From IMG/VR virus record IMGVR_UViG_2687453522_000004: 37,205 nt of DNA; one strand, written 5' to 3'. The notes beneath the pieces were generated by a model. It did no database searches. It was not told the origin of the DNA and saw only the letters and a list, made by a program, of their open reading frames with translations. Origin of the DNA: a virus. Its lineage: Duplodnaviria > Heunggongvirae > Uroviricota > Caudoviricetes. A program made the position numbers and the translations under genes. Positions 10,299-18,937 of this stretch are shown piece after piece (within the stretch, counting starts at the first letter, position 1; every line of letters begins with the position of its first letter).

Positions 10299-10646
10299 TT
10301 ACAACATAGTCAGGGACGTAAGCAGTCTTTTAGGCTGCCGCCAGTCGATACCTTCCAGCAGCATCGCCAGCTGTGCCGGTGTGAGGAACACTTTGCCATC
10401 CCGGGCTGACGGCCAGGCGAAGCGGCCGCGCTCCAGCCGTTTGGTCAGCAGACACAGTCCATCGCCGGTAGACCAGAGGAGCTTTACCTGACTGCCATTA
10501 CGCCCACGGAAGATAAAAACGTGACCTGACATCGGATCGTCTTTCAGCGTCGTCTGCACCTTTGCCGCCAGGCCGTTGAAGCCGTTTCTCATATCGGTGA
10601 TGCCAGCGACCAGCCAGATCTTTGTCCCTGATGGTAATGGGATCAA
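10299..10646 (-). CDS. tnpB: IS66-family TnpB (Orf2)
   Basis: 115-aa ORF MIPLPSGTKIWLVAGITDMRNGFNGLAAKV..., typical IS66 Orf2. Confidence 0.85.
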   Translation of the reverse strand: MIPLPSGTKIWLVAGITDMRNGFNGLAAKVQTTLKDDPMSGHVFIFRGRNGSQVKLLWSTGDGLCLLTKRLERGRFAWPSARDGKVFLTPAQLAMLLEGIDWRQPKRLLTSLTML

Positions 10647-11047
10647 CGTTTGAGCTCCCGTATCAGCAGGTTCAGGATATTTTCGCTGATGGCACCATTC
10701 AGACGGAGTGATCCGTGCCGGAACGTCACTTCACAGCTGATATTGAGTGATTCAGGTGTCGCAGCAGCTACAGGTTGTGACCGGGGGGAGGTTGTAGGGA
10801 CAACATCTTCGGCATCAAGTGTTATCGGGAGCAGCTCAGGCACGTTGTTTTCTGTTGTTGAAGGAGGACGTAGTTTTCCTTCGCGCCAGTACTGGCGCCA
10901 CTTGAACAGCAAATTATCGTTGATCCCATGCTCACGAGCGAGTTGCGCTACGGAGATCTCTGGTCGATGCGAGAGTTCAACCATTTTGATTTTGAACTCA
11001 ACGGGATAATTAGGGCTTTTTTTACGCACTGCGGTTAATGATTTCAT
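10643..11047 (-). CDS. tnpA: IS66-family TnpA (HTH accessory protein)
   Basis: 134-aa ORF, first gene of the IS66 triad, overlapping tnpB. Confidence 0.8.
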   Translation of the reverse strand: MKSLTAVRKKSPNYPVEFKIKMVELSHRPEISVAQLAREHGINDNLLFKWRQYWREGKLRPPSTTENNVPELLPITLDAEDVVPTTSPRSQPVAAATPESLNISCEVTFRHGSLRLNGAISENILNLLIRELKR

Positions 11048-11128
11048 GGATTGCGTCCACCATATTTGGTGTCCACTATTCTCTCAGGAATTTCAGGATC
11101 TGCCAGACGGTGCTGAGACGACGCTTAC

Positions 11129-11136
11129 ATTTGTTG
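11129..11136. repeat. Target-site duplication ATTTGTTG, right copy (IS66-family insertion)
   Basis: Exact 8-bp direct repeat of 8666..8673. Confidence 0.85.
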
Positions 11137-11161
11137 ACACGCGTACATAGCCAATAAGCAT
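11129..11161 (-). pseudogene. Serine DNA invertase, N-terminal fragment (MLIGYVRVSTN) with Shine-Dalgarno GGGGG, cut off by the IS66-family insertion
   Basis: On the minus strand, ATG CTT ATT GGC TAT GTA CGC GTG TCA ACA AAT then runs into the IS terminal repeat. Joining it to 8665..8105 restores a 197-codon invertase. Confidence 0.85.
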
Positions 11162-11188
11162 GAGCATCCCCCTGAATAAAAACCGGAG

Positions 11189-11704
11189 ATGATGCCACTT
11201 GCCCGTTATCTCTGCATTTTCATAAACGTTGGTTTGGGAGAAGGCTCTGTATTACCCGTTGGTGTGCCTGTTCCGTGGCCTTCAGCCACACTGCCAACAG
11301 GCTGGCTGAAATGCAACGGGGCGGCATTTTCTGCTGAAGAATACCCGGAACTGGCAAAGGCTTACCCGACAAATATATTGCCTGATTTACGTGGTGAATT
11401 TATTCGTGGCTGGGATGACGGGCGCGGAGTGGACAGTAGCCGGACGTTGTTGTCGTGGCAAAAAGGCTCTTATCTGGTTCAGGAAGCCAATATATCACCC
11501 GACAGCGTGGTGCAGTTTTCGGTAAACGACATTGCCCTGCTGGGATGGGATAAAACTGAAACCAATTCAGATATTCTCAGAGCGAAAAGTATACCTACAG
11601 AACATATCTGGAACCCCGTTCCAGTGGGAGCCTGGGGGATTCAGTATCTGGGTTATGCAAGGCCACGTAACATTGCATTTAACTACATCGTAAGGGCTGC
11701 ATGA
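11189..11704 (+). CDS. Alternative tail-fibre C-terminal segment (Sv'-like), currently not joined to the constant part; would fuse to H after inversion
   Basis: The open frame passes through the crossover site, encoding ...FINVGLGEGSVLPVGVPVPWPSATLPTGWLKCNGAAFSAEEYPELAKAYP..., a remembered Mu/P1-type fibre tip motif. There is no convincing independent start or promoter. A dedicated assembly gene follows. Confidence 0.7.
   Translation: MMPLARYLCIFINVGLGEGSVLPVGVPVPWPSATLPTGWLKCNGAAFSAEEYPELAKAYPTNILPDLRGEFIRGWDDGRGVDSSRTLLSWQKGSYLVQEANISPDSVVQFSVNDIALLGWDKTETNSDILRAKSIPTEHIWNPVPVGAWGIQYLGYARPRNIAFNYIVRAA
11219..11244 (+). repeat. Putative invertase crossover site (gix/hix/pix-like 26-bp imperfect palindrome) bounding the invertible tail-fibre segment on the invertase side
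   Basis: TTTTCATAAACGTTGGTTTGGGAGAA resembles the remembered Hin/Gin consensus TTnnnnnAAACC-NN-GGTTTnnnnnAA. Its 14 inner bases TTGGTTTGGGAGAA are identical in inverted orientation to the site at 13168..13193. Confidence 0.7.
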
Positions 11705-12321
11705 TGAGCAAGAAAACCATGACTACAGCGGTGCTGAATGAATCGCGGCTGGCAACAGTTGCAGGAGAGGTTGTTGTCCACAGCTACGATAATAAGACGC
11801 GGGAATACCTTTGCACGTCAACCGAATATCTGGCTGTGGGCGTTGGCCTTCCTGCACATTCATGCACTGATGCCCCCGGGGAAAGGCGGGCTGGTTATGC
11901 AATTTGCCGCACAGCCGACCTGACCGCGTGGGAGTACGTGCCGGACCATCGGGGTGAGACAGTCTATAACACAGAAACCCGTGAGGCAGCAGAAATCACC
12001 ACTCCGGGGGATTACCCTGAAAACACAACCACTGTCGCCCCGTTAACGCCATACGATGAATGGGATGGTGAGAAATGGGTGACAGATACTGAGGCACAGC
12101 ATAGCGCCGCAGTAGGCGCGGCAGAAACACAGCGACAGTCACTGATTGATACTGCAATGGCTTCCATTAATCTGATTCAACTGAAATTGCAGGCCGGGCG
12201 AAAACTGACGCAGACAGAAACCACCCGGCTTAACGTCGTGCTGGATTACATTGACGCGGTGACGGTAACTGATACCAGCACCGCGCCGGATATCAATTGG
12301 CCTGCTCCCCCGGAGGCGTAG
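11701..12321 (+). CDS. Tail fibre assembly protein (U'-like) paired with the alternative fibre segment
   Basis: 206 aa; start overlaps the Sv' stop (ATGA); converges on and overlaps the other assembly gene by 29 bp. Confidence 0.75.
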   Translation: MMSKKTMTTAVLNESRLATVAGEVVVHSYDNKTREYLCTSTEYLAVGVGLPAHSCTDAPGERRAGYAICRTADLTAWEYVPDHRGETVYNTETREAAEITTPGDYPENTTTVAPLTPYDEWDGEKWVTDTEAQHSAAVGAAETQRQSLIDTAMASINLIQLKLQAGRKLTQTETTRLNVVLDYIDAVTVTDTSTAPDINWPAPPEA

Positions 12322-12739
12322 GCCAGACGGGATTTGATGTATCAACGCGCATCAGTAAGACCCGATATTTTTTCCATTCAGACAACGCGGCGGTTTCTTC
12401 TGCCGTCGCGATTTCCGCATCAAAAGCATCCTGTCTCCAGACTATTTCCTTATCAGCCATTGAACGCAATACCGTTCTTTTCTGTTCAGCCTGAATAATC
12501 TGTTGTTCAGCGGAGAGTGGCGGGATATCAATCCATGCAGGATTACCATTTTTATCAGCCCCCAGCGTTTTGCCTTCTGGCGCTACGCCTGTGTAAATTG
12601 CTATTGTTTCATCATCAACATCAACGCCATTTTCAGGCCATGAACCGGCGCTGATATATACCTCTTTTAGTGCTTTCGGATAGAAAGAGCCTTTATAAAA
12701 TTTATTCATTCTTAATACCCCAGCGCGATAAAACAACAA
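12293..12739 (-). CDS. Tail fibre assembly protein (P2 G / Mu U-like) for the currently expressed fibre variant
   Basis: 148-aa ORF immediately downstream of the fibre gene; C-terminus ...SEWKKYRVLLMRVDTSNPVWPTPP resembles the conserved assembly-chaperone C-terminus. Confidence 0.8.
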   Translation of the reverse strand: MLFYRAGVLRMNKFYKGSFYPKALKEVYISAGSWPENGVDVDDETIAIYTGVAPEGKTLGADKNGNPAWIDIPPLSAEQQIIQAEQKRTVLRSMADKEIVWRQDAFDAEIATAEETAALSEWKKYRVLLMRVDTSNPVWPTPPGEQAN

Positions 12740-14007
12740 TCTTCGGTGCCCTCTCCGGATGGCGACCAGTTCTGAATACTGATATGCGTTCTGCTGGCAA
12801 TACGCACATTCATCGCGGCATTGTAGCCAGATGTTCCACGGTTTCCGGTCGCAAACAAGCCTGCATAGGGAAAAGCAAATGGTAAGGCATATCCAGCATC
12901 AGCTCCCTTTTGTGTTGCCACCGTTCCCCACTGCAACATAAGTTTCACCGGGTTTCCTGTCGTCGCAATGCATGGAATGTAGATGTAGCCATTACCTGAC
13001 ATCATTGACCTGAAGCTGTCTAAATCCAGTAACTTCGAGGCATTATCTGCTCCAACATCTCGTGTTGCAGCGGTCCCTAACTGGAGCGCATTTCGGAAGG
13101 CTGATACATCAGAAATATCAGATCCATTAGCCGATTTCTGCATAGCTCTGGAGGCTCTATTTATCGTTTCTCCCAAACCAAGGTATGCGAGAAGGCCGGC
13201 AACATCCTTTCCGCTCAAATGAGTCAGCGTCTCATCCAGTGGCTGCTTACCTGACAGCGCATTGTTAATAGTGGTGCTGAATTTCGGGTCATTGTTAATG
13301 GCTGCGGCAATTTCTTTCAGTGTGTCCAGCGTGGCTGGCGCGCCGTTAATCAGAGCGGTAATAGCGGCCTGAACAAACTCAGTGGTCGCAATCCGCGTGG
13401 TGTTATTTCCTGCGGCAGGCGTCGGGGCTTTTGGTTCTCCGGTAAATGTCGGATTATGTTTCTGTGCATACTGGGTATGAGGATCCTGTGCGGCAATGTG
13501 GTTTCTCATCTGGTCATCCACATACAGCCTTAATTCCAGGACTTCATCATCCACATATTTACGGGTCGCCAGTACCACCGACGGGTCGATTTTCAGCGTG
13601 ATGGCTTCGATATTCGTGACAACCAGAATCATGCGGATAGTCTGGGTACGACCACTGCCTTCCTGTAACTGCGGTTTGTACGTTTCCGGGCAGTTGGCCA
13701 CCGCAATGAGTACGCCTTCATCATCATAAAGCCCAATCTCACGGATCCAGAATCCGCCCTCGTTCTCAGGGATGATTTGCTCCGCAATAATCTGGCTCTG
13801 GTTGTTCGGGTCAACACTCAGAAGATTCAGCGGTGCAATGCGTTTCTGATTAATCAGTTTTGTCTGTGCCGGGTCTGGTGTCGGCAAGACACCATTCGCA
13901 TCACCAACGGCCATTTGCGTCAGATTCAGCTTACTGCCAAGCATCGTCGCGTTAGCCAGCCGTGCTGCGCCCTGATTAGTCAGAATGGCGTAGTATTTCA
14001 CTGTCAT
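12712..14007 (-). CDS. H: Tail fibre protein (gpH-like): constant N-terminal part 13194..14007 plus variable C-terminal part 12712..13167 inside the invertible segment
   Basis: 431 aa; N-terminus aligns with remembered P2 H motifs (MAVGD, GGFWxRExGLYDD, LIAVAN, EGSGR, YVDD, NDPxFxTTxNALxGKQP). Confidence 0.9.
   Translation of the reverse strand: MTVKYYAILTNQGAARLANATMLGSKLNLTQMAVGDANGVLPTPDPAQTKLINQKRIAPLNLLSVDPNNQSQIIAEQIIPENEGGFWIREIGLYDDEGVLIAVANCPETYKPQLQEGSGRTQTIRMILVVTNIEAITLKIDPSVVLATRKYVDDEVLELRLYVDDQMRNHIAAQDPHTQYAQKHNPTFTGEPKAPTPAAGNNTTRIATTEFVQAAITALINGAPATLDTLKEIAAAINNDPKFSTTINNALSGKQPLDETLTHLSGKDVAGLLAYLGLGETINRASRAMQKSANGSDISDVSAFRNALQLGTAATRDVGADNASKLLDLDSFRSMMSGNGYIYIPCIATTGNPVKLMLQWGTVATQKGADAGYALPFAFPYAGLFATGNRGTSGYNAAMNVRIASRTHISIQNWSPSGEGTEDCCFIALGY
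13168..13193 (-). repeat. Putative invertase crossover site inside the tail-fibre gene at the constant/variable junction
   Basis: Plus strand TTCTCCCAAACCAAGGTATGCGAGAA; its reverse complement shares 14/14 inner bases with the site at 11219..11244; it encodes the fibre motif AYLGLGE. Confidence 0.7.
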
Positions 14008-14615
14008 GCGTTTACTCTCAGGTTATCAATTAAATGAATGGCCGAGGCCGGGAAATAATCCCCTCCGACAATAATGGCCTCCGGGGTGTAGGGATAAACC
14101 GTCAGGGCGTCGCCGTGATAGCATCCCGCACCGGCAAAAATGTTGCCGGTTGTACTTAAACTGATAGCCAGTCCCGTCAGATGGCGGCTTGCAGGTTTTG
14201 CATCAGCAACGAGACGCTCCAGCTCCTGATACATTTCCTCGGTAATACCCTGCTCAAGCACGCCAACAACGATGCGGAACGTCCCCGGTTCCTCGTTGAG
14301 CTGCCACCACTCCCTCACCTCAATCAGATAGCCGAGCGGCTCCACCACACGCCGGATTGCGCCTATAGTGCCCTTATGGCAGTGAATGAAATACGCATCG
14401 CGGATAACAGCGCGTTTTGTCGCTTCCGGCCACTTATCATCCCAGCGGTCAACCGAAAATGACCACGCCAGCCACGACAGCAGATTTGCCGGACAGGTAT
14501 CCGGGTTCCACAGTTCACGAATACTGACCGGCGTTTTTTCAATTTCCGCACAGGCTTTTGCGGCGGCAACTTCAAGCGGTGATGAGCCGGTCGGCAGCAG
14601 GCGCGAATCACTCAT
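14004..14615 (-). CDS. I: Baseplate protein gpI-like
   Basis: 203-aa ORF between J and H, stop overlapping the H start; the true start may be an internal Met (P2 gpI is remembered as shorter). Confidence 0.85.
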   Translation of the reverse strand: MSDSRLLPTGSSPLEVAAAKACAEIEKTPVSIRELWNPDTCPANLLSWLAWSFSVDRWDDKWPEATKRAVIRDAYFIHCHKGTIGAIRRVVEPLGYLIEVREWWQLNEEPGTFRIVVGVLEQGITEEMYQELERLVADAKPASRHLTGLAISLSTTGNIFAGAGCYHGDALTVYPYTPEAIIVGGDYFPASAIHLIDNLRVNA

Positions 14616-15516
14616 CCGAGCCTCCGGTCACGACGCTGTATTCGGTGCAGAAAGACGCCTGCGTACTGTTGAGCACAATGTCGGCCAGTGGTGCGGCCAG
14701 CTCGACACGCTGCACGCCTTCCACATGCAAAGCGGCATAAATGGCAGACAGACGGATGTCGCGCCCCAGCCGGTGCTGTGCCGTGATATACGCTTCCAGT
14801 TTTTTCACGGCGGCAGCGCGAATGGGTTCGCTTTCGGGACCAGGGTAAAGGTAAAGCGTGGCGTTTATCTGGTATTCAACGATGGCGGCGGACTGCACGG
14901 TCACGCGGTCGGCCACCGGTCTGACGTCCTCGCCATTCAGGGCGTTACGCACCACGGCCAGCAGGTCTTCGGATGCGACACCGTTATTTTCACGTGACAG
15001 CACGGAGATGGTGACGCAGGCCGGAGACGGACTGGTGACAGAGATATCCGCGACACGCCCGTCGGCACTGCGACCATGATACTGATAGGCTCCCACCGAC
15101 CCGGCGACGCTTAAGCCCTCAAATGACTGCTGAATACGCAGACGATAATCGGTGTCAGACTCCATCACTGCCGGTGTCGGCGGGATGGTCGAATCATCTG
15201 CCGGGGTGATAGTCAGGCGTGTGGTGTTGTAATTGGCACCAATCACATCAAGGTCATTACCGGCTGCACAGGCCAGCATCACCGCCCGTGCGGCCTCATT
15301 CACACGCTGACGCCAGATAAGCTCACGATAAGCATTTTCCTCCAGCAGTTTGACGAGAGGCTCAGATTCCAGCGTCAGGGTACGGGCGACCGCCTCCTGC
15401 TGGTCTTCCGGGTAAAGGGAAATCAGTGTCGCCTTGCGTTCGGCAAGAATGGTTTCAAAGTCCAGCTCCTCGACCACATCCGGTGCGGGTAGCTGGTTCA
15501 GGTCGATAATCGGCAT
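14608..15516 (-). CDS. J: Baseplate assembly protein gpJ-like
   Basis: 302 aa; length and position as in P2. Confidence 0.9.
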   Translation of the reverse strand: MPIIDLNQLPAPDVVEELDFETILAERKATLISLYPEDQQEAVARTLTLESEPLVKLLEENAYRELIWRQRVNEAARAVMLACAAGNDLDVIGANYNTTRLTITPADDSTIPPTPAVMESDTDYRLRIQQSFEGLSVAGSVGAYQYHGRSADGRVADISVTSPSPACVTISVLSRENNGVASEDLLAVVRNALNGEDVRPVADRVTVQSAAIVEYQINATLYLYPGPESEPIRAAAVKKLEAYITAQHRLGRDIRLSAIYAALHVEGVQRVELAAPLADIVLNSTQASFCTEYSVVTGGSDE

Positions 15517-15520
15517 GGTT

Positions 15521-15868
15521 TCAACTCACAGGGATGGTTAACGAAAGTGGCTGGCCGGTGTCGTTGTGCTGACCGGTTAACGTGACCGTCATTCGCCCCT
15601 CAAAACTGCGCTCAGTGGTGACAGATGACAGGGTGACGCGGGGTTCCCATTTCAGCACCGCCATGTAACAGGCGACCTTAATCTGCAACTCAAGCGCCGG
15701 GGTCTGCGGCTGGTCAATCATTGATGCCAGCAACGAGCCGTAATCACGACGCATCACCCGTGAGCCGACCGGTGTGCGCAGGATATCGCCGATACTCTGG
15801 CTGATATGCTCAAGGTCAGTGACAGTCAGGCCATCACTGCGATTCATTCCGAGATAACGTGCTGTCAT
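15521..15868 (-). CDS. W: Baseplate wedge protein gpW-like (gp25-like)
   Basis: 115 aa; length and position as in P2. Confidence 0.9.
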   Translation of the reverse strand: MTARYLGMNRSDGLTVTDLEHISQSIGDILRTPVGSRVMRRDYGSLLASMIDQPQTPALELQIKVACYMAVLKWEPRVTLSSVTTERSFEGRMTVTLTGQHNDTGQPLSLTIPVS

Positions 15869-16500
15869 AGAGGACTCCCGGTTGTGCCGCCGCTGTCTCC
15901 TGGGTGTTTATGGGTATGCAGTACCTTACCGTTTGATGAGAGTTCACCGCCGGTGTGTTCAATGTTGCCGCGCATCGTCCCGCCCTTCTGCACTTCCAGC
16001 GTGCCGGTGATCAGCTTGTTGGTGCAGACCACCTCCGGTGTGTCCAGGGTGACGCGGGTTGATGCTTTCACCATGACCACAGGCACCCTGGCAGTAACAG
16101 AATCAGAAGCCGTCACGCTGGCCGTTTTAATTCCGCTTACCGTGAGTGCACTAGTTTCGGGTTCATACTCAATCACCGCCCCGTCAGGGAAACGGATATG
16201 CAGGGCATCCGCCGACGCAGACGGCGCGGGGCTATCGCCGGAATAAATCCCCGGCAGAACGAACGCCGTGTCGAGTTCACCACCCACGGCCAGAATCAGC
16301 ACCTGTTCCCCCACGGAAGGTGCCCACCATGTGCGCGAACGCCCGGCACGACAGGTCAGCCACTGAAGCCAGTCGGTGCACATGCCGCCGGTCTGCACAC
16401 GGCAGCGACCGGCATTAAGGTCGGTTTCGACGATAATGCCGGTGCGGATCATGTTGCGCAGTGCGCGCGCGAGTTCCTGAATATTTGCGAGAGTGTTCAT
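15865..16500 (-). CDS. V: Baseplate central spike protein gpV-like
   Basis: 211 aa; length and position as in P2. Confidence 0.9.
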   Translation of the reverse strand: MNTLANIQELARALRNMIRTGIIVETDLNAGRCRVQTGGMCTDWLQWLTCRAGRSRTWWAPSVGEQVLILAVGGELDTAFVLPGIYSGDSPAPSASADALHIRFPDGAVIEYEPETSALTVSGIKTASVTASDSVTARVPVVMVKASTRVTLDTPEVVCTNKLITGTLEVQKGGTMRGNIEHTGGELSSNGKVLHTHKHPGDSGGTTGSPL

Positions 16501-16566
16501 AACGGGAAGGATGCCGCCGGGTCATACCGGCGGCAATGTGACGATGAGGTGTCAGGAATGGCACAA

Positions 16567-17019
16567 CTAACGGTCGAGGTGAGCCAGGATAATCTCTTCA
16601 ATCATCTGCACATCCTCACCGGTAAAGCCGAGCAGGGGACGCGCCGGATAATCAATTTTCTTACCGTCTTTCCGGGTTTCTTCCGACAGACCAAACTGAT
16701 GCACACTGGCGATTTTCGGTGACTTTCCGCCGTAAAATTCCATTGATGCCTGCTCCGGGCTGGCGCGGATATGCAAAAAACGATTGGTGATAAGTTTCGC
16801 AAACATTTTTCGCTTAACACGACCAGTCTTTTTTCTGGCGCTCTGCTGCTGGCGTGGCACGTAGGGTGTGCCGTCCGGGGCTTTCTGTGCCATCACCCGA
16901 CGCTGCTGACTCTGCCGCAGACGTTTCGCCAGTTCGGCACTCAGCCGCCGACGCCCTGACGGTGACAGCGATTCAGTCAGTCCGGCCAGCCGGTCTTCAA
17001 AACGCTTAAACTCATTCAT
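16567..17019 (-). CDS. S: Tail completion protein gpS-like
   Basis: 150 aa; length and position as in P2. Confidence 0.88.
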   Translation of the reverse strand: MNEFKRFEDRLAGLTESLSPSGRRRLSAELAKRLRQSQQRRVMAQKAPDGTPYVPRQQQSARKKTGRVKRKMFAKLITNRFLHIRASPEQASMEFYGGKSPKIASVHQFGLSEETRKDGKKIDYPARPLLGFTGEDVQMIEEIILAHLDR

Positions 17020-17479
17020 CCCACTTGCTCACCAGTTCGCCATTGATATACAGCTCCATCGGGCGGGTAACCGGCTCCGGCGGCGGGGGTTCCGGGATAT
17101 TCTTCACATGCAGTGCGCCGTCCACCTCACTGACCAGCGTGCGCTCGGTCAGCATCAGGCTGATGCTGATATCAAAGCTGCTGTCATTGTTGATGTCTGC
17201 ATAAAACGTGAAGCCCTTTTTCTGGCCTTCGTCGGTGGTCATGATGTCGGACTGATTTTCCCGCAGCCACGCCAGCACCGGCACAATGAGCAGGTCAAAA
17301 TCACCGGTAAAGTCGGTCACAATCACATTGAGCGTGTAACGCTTTTCGAATGACAGCGACGTCGCCAGTGTGGAGGCAATACTCCCGTTATCCACGAATA
17401 TCCGCAGCATATCGGGGTTAGTTTTCAGCACCGTGACGGCATCAGTCAGCGCCCTGCGCAGGCTGTCGGGTTTGAGCAT
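17012..17479 (-). CDS. R: Tail completion protein gpR-like
   Basis: 155 aa; length and position as in P2. Confidence 0.88.
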   Translation of the reverse strand: MLKPDSLRRALTDAVTVLKTNPDMLRIFVDNGSIASTLATSLSFEKRYTLNVIVTDFTGDFDLLIVPVLAWLRENQSDIMTTDEGQKKGFTFYADINNDSSFDISISLMLTERTLVSEVDGALHVKNIPEPPPPEPVTRPMELYINGELVSKWDE

Positions 17480-17732
17480 CGTTTTCGTCCTGACAGTGTT
17501 TAATCATTTTTACCTGGCTGGCACAGCGTGCCAGCGCGTTCTCAAGCTGCCGGATATCAGCACTTAAATCGCCGTTCGTCTCCGGGTCACTGCCCGGCAT
17601 CGGGCAAAGGCTCACTTTCGGGCAGGCGTTGTGGACAATCACTGGCGTCGGCGCAGGCCGGGCGCTGGTGCAACCGGCGCACAGCATCAGGCAGGCCAGC
17701 GCCGTACCAGCGGCGAAAATCTTCGTTTTCAT
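17442..17732 (-). CDS. lysC: LysC-like outer-membrane lipoprotein spanin (Rz1 equivalent), starting inside lysB in another frame
   Basis: 96-aa ORF with lipoprotein signal MKTKIFAAGTALACLMLCAGC and a Pro-rich mature region; nested in the lysB 3' region and overlapping the R start. Confidence 0.7.
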   Translation of the reverse strand: MKTKIFAAGTALACLMLCAGCTSARPAPTPVIVHNACPKVSLCPMPGSDPETNGDLSADIRQLENALARCASQVKMIKHCQDENDAQTRQPAQGAD

Positions 17733-18012
17733 TCAGTAACCTCGTGATGGTTTTCTCGCGCTGTGCTTCACGCTTCGCGGCGTTCTCCAGTTCCTGACGC
17801 AGTGCCACCTGCGCCAGCTCGTTTTTGTCTGCCCTGGTGAGGGCAACATGAAGCTGATTTTTCAGCATGGTGATGGTCGTCTGCTGCCCGCTGGCGACGC
17901 TGTTCGCCCTGTCCAGCGAGTAGCGCAGTCTGGCGTTTTCATGCTTCACCAGAAACAGCCCCGCCACCGCCAGCGATAACAACACGACCAGTGCAATCAT
18001 CAGCTTTGACAT
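17587..18012 (-). CDS. lysB: LysB-like inner-membrane spanin (Rz equivalent)
   Basis: 141 aa with an N-terminal transmembrane helix followed by a charged coiled-coil region. Confidence 0.85.
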   Translation of the reverse strand: MSKLMIALVVLLSLAVAGLFLVKHENARLRYSLDRANSVASGQQTTITMLKNQLHVALTRADKNELAQVALRQELENAAKREAQREKTITRLLNENEDFRRWYGAGLPDAVRRLHQRPACADASDCPQRLPESEPLPDAGQ

Positions 18013-18425
18013 AGTTCCCGCCCCTCAAGACGCTGACGGCAGGCCGTGCGTATCAGCCGGAAAAACAGCGACGCCACGAGATAAATCAGCGCAGTAAAAA
18101 TCCACCCGGCGGCAACCAGCGAGATAAACGTCGCCACCATCACTACCAGAGCCGCCGCCCGTCTGCACCACGGCACCGACTGCAAAAACAGCGACGTGAC
18201 AATCTTCACGGCCAGCGATTCCGGTGGCAGCTCCCGCCCGTAGCGTTCAAGTACATACTCCGTGGCATACACGCCGACACCACCGGCAACCACACAAATA
18301 ATCATCGCCAGAATCGCCCAGGCAGCGACAAAACTGACGGCCACGCTCTGCGGGTAAATCAGGGACAGTGCCAGCATCAGCGCCAGCGACACGTTCAGCA
18401 TCAGTGAAAGGGATAATTTCTTCAT
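18000..18425 (-). CDS. lysA: LysA-like lysis-timing membrane protein
   Basis: 141 aa with several hydrophobic helices; between the endolysin and lysB. Confidence 0.85.
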   Translation of the reverse strand: MKKLSLSLMLNVSLALMLALSLIYPQSVAVSFVAAWAILAMIICVVAGGVGVYATEYVLERYGRELPPESLAVKIVTSLFLQSVPWCRRAAALVVMVATFISLVAAGWIFTALIYLVASLFFRLIRTACRQRLEGRELCQS

Positions 18426-18439
18426 GGTGTTTACTCCGT

Positions 18440-18937
18440 TTAAGCCGGTACGCCGCCAGCGGTACGCCAGACGGTGACCAGTTTTTCCAGTGAATGCTCA
18501 CGCTGACCGTAACCGGCACCCGGCAGGGACGCCCAGATATTGCGACAGCGTGAAATGGCGCACTCAATGCGTCCCGCCCGGATGTCATCCAGTGCACCGC
18601 GTTCGCGGATCAACTGAATGGCGAGTCTGTCCTGTGACAACGGACTGAAATCCGGCAGGGCAAGCTGTTTGCGGTAGTGCGGCCAGAACAGGTAAAGCTG
18701 CTGATAGCGACCGGAGGCCGTGGACTTTTCACCGCGACGGTTAAACACCTTCGCCGGTCGGCCATGCGCGAACGGGTGGTCACTGTAGTCGGTGAAAATT
18801 TCCGGCTTCCCGTCCAGTCCGGTGACTATCACGTCATAGCCCCGGTTTTTCGTCAGCGGATGATTCGCCGTCCCTTCGGACACGGCCAGCATGTCGAGAA
18901 AGGCGGCGATATTCTGATGCGTGTTAATAACCGGCAT
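18440..18937 (-). CDS. K: Endolysin (gpK-like lysozyme)
   Basis: 165 aa, immediately downstream of the holin. Confidence 0.9.
   Translation of the reverse strand: MPVINTHQNIAAFLDMLAVSEGTANHPLTKNRGYDVIVTGLDGKPEIFTDYSDHPFAHGRPAKVFNRRGEKSTASGRYQQLYLFWPHYRKQLALPDFSPLSQDRLAIQLIRERGALDDIRAGRIECAISRCRNIWASLPGAGYGQREHSLEKLVTVWRTAGGVPA

Larger units (their letters stand above)
8674..11128 (-). mobile_element. IS66-family insertion sequence (2455 bp) with tnpA-tnpB-tnpC
   Basis: Imperfect terminal inverted repeats GTAAGCGTGCAGCA.../...CGCTTAC flanked by an exact 8-bp direct repeat ATTTGTTG (8666..8673 and 11129..11136); three-gene IS66 organisation. Confidence 0.88.

Noticed and set aside
11189-11244. 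MMPLARY... taken as the start of an independent gene for the plus-strand fibre segment
   Set aside because: The frame is open through the crossover site and there is no good Shine-Dalgarno; it is better explained as the promoterless alternative fibre C-terminus that becomes expressed only after inversion.
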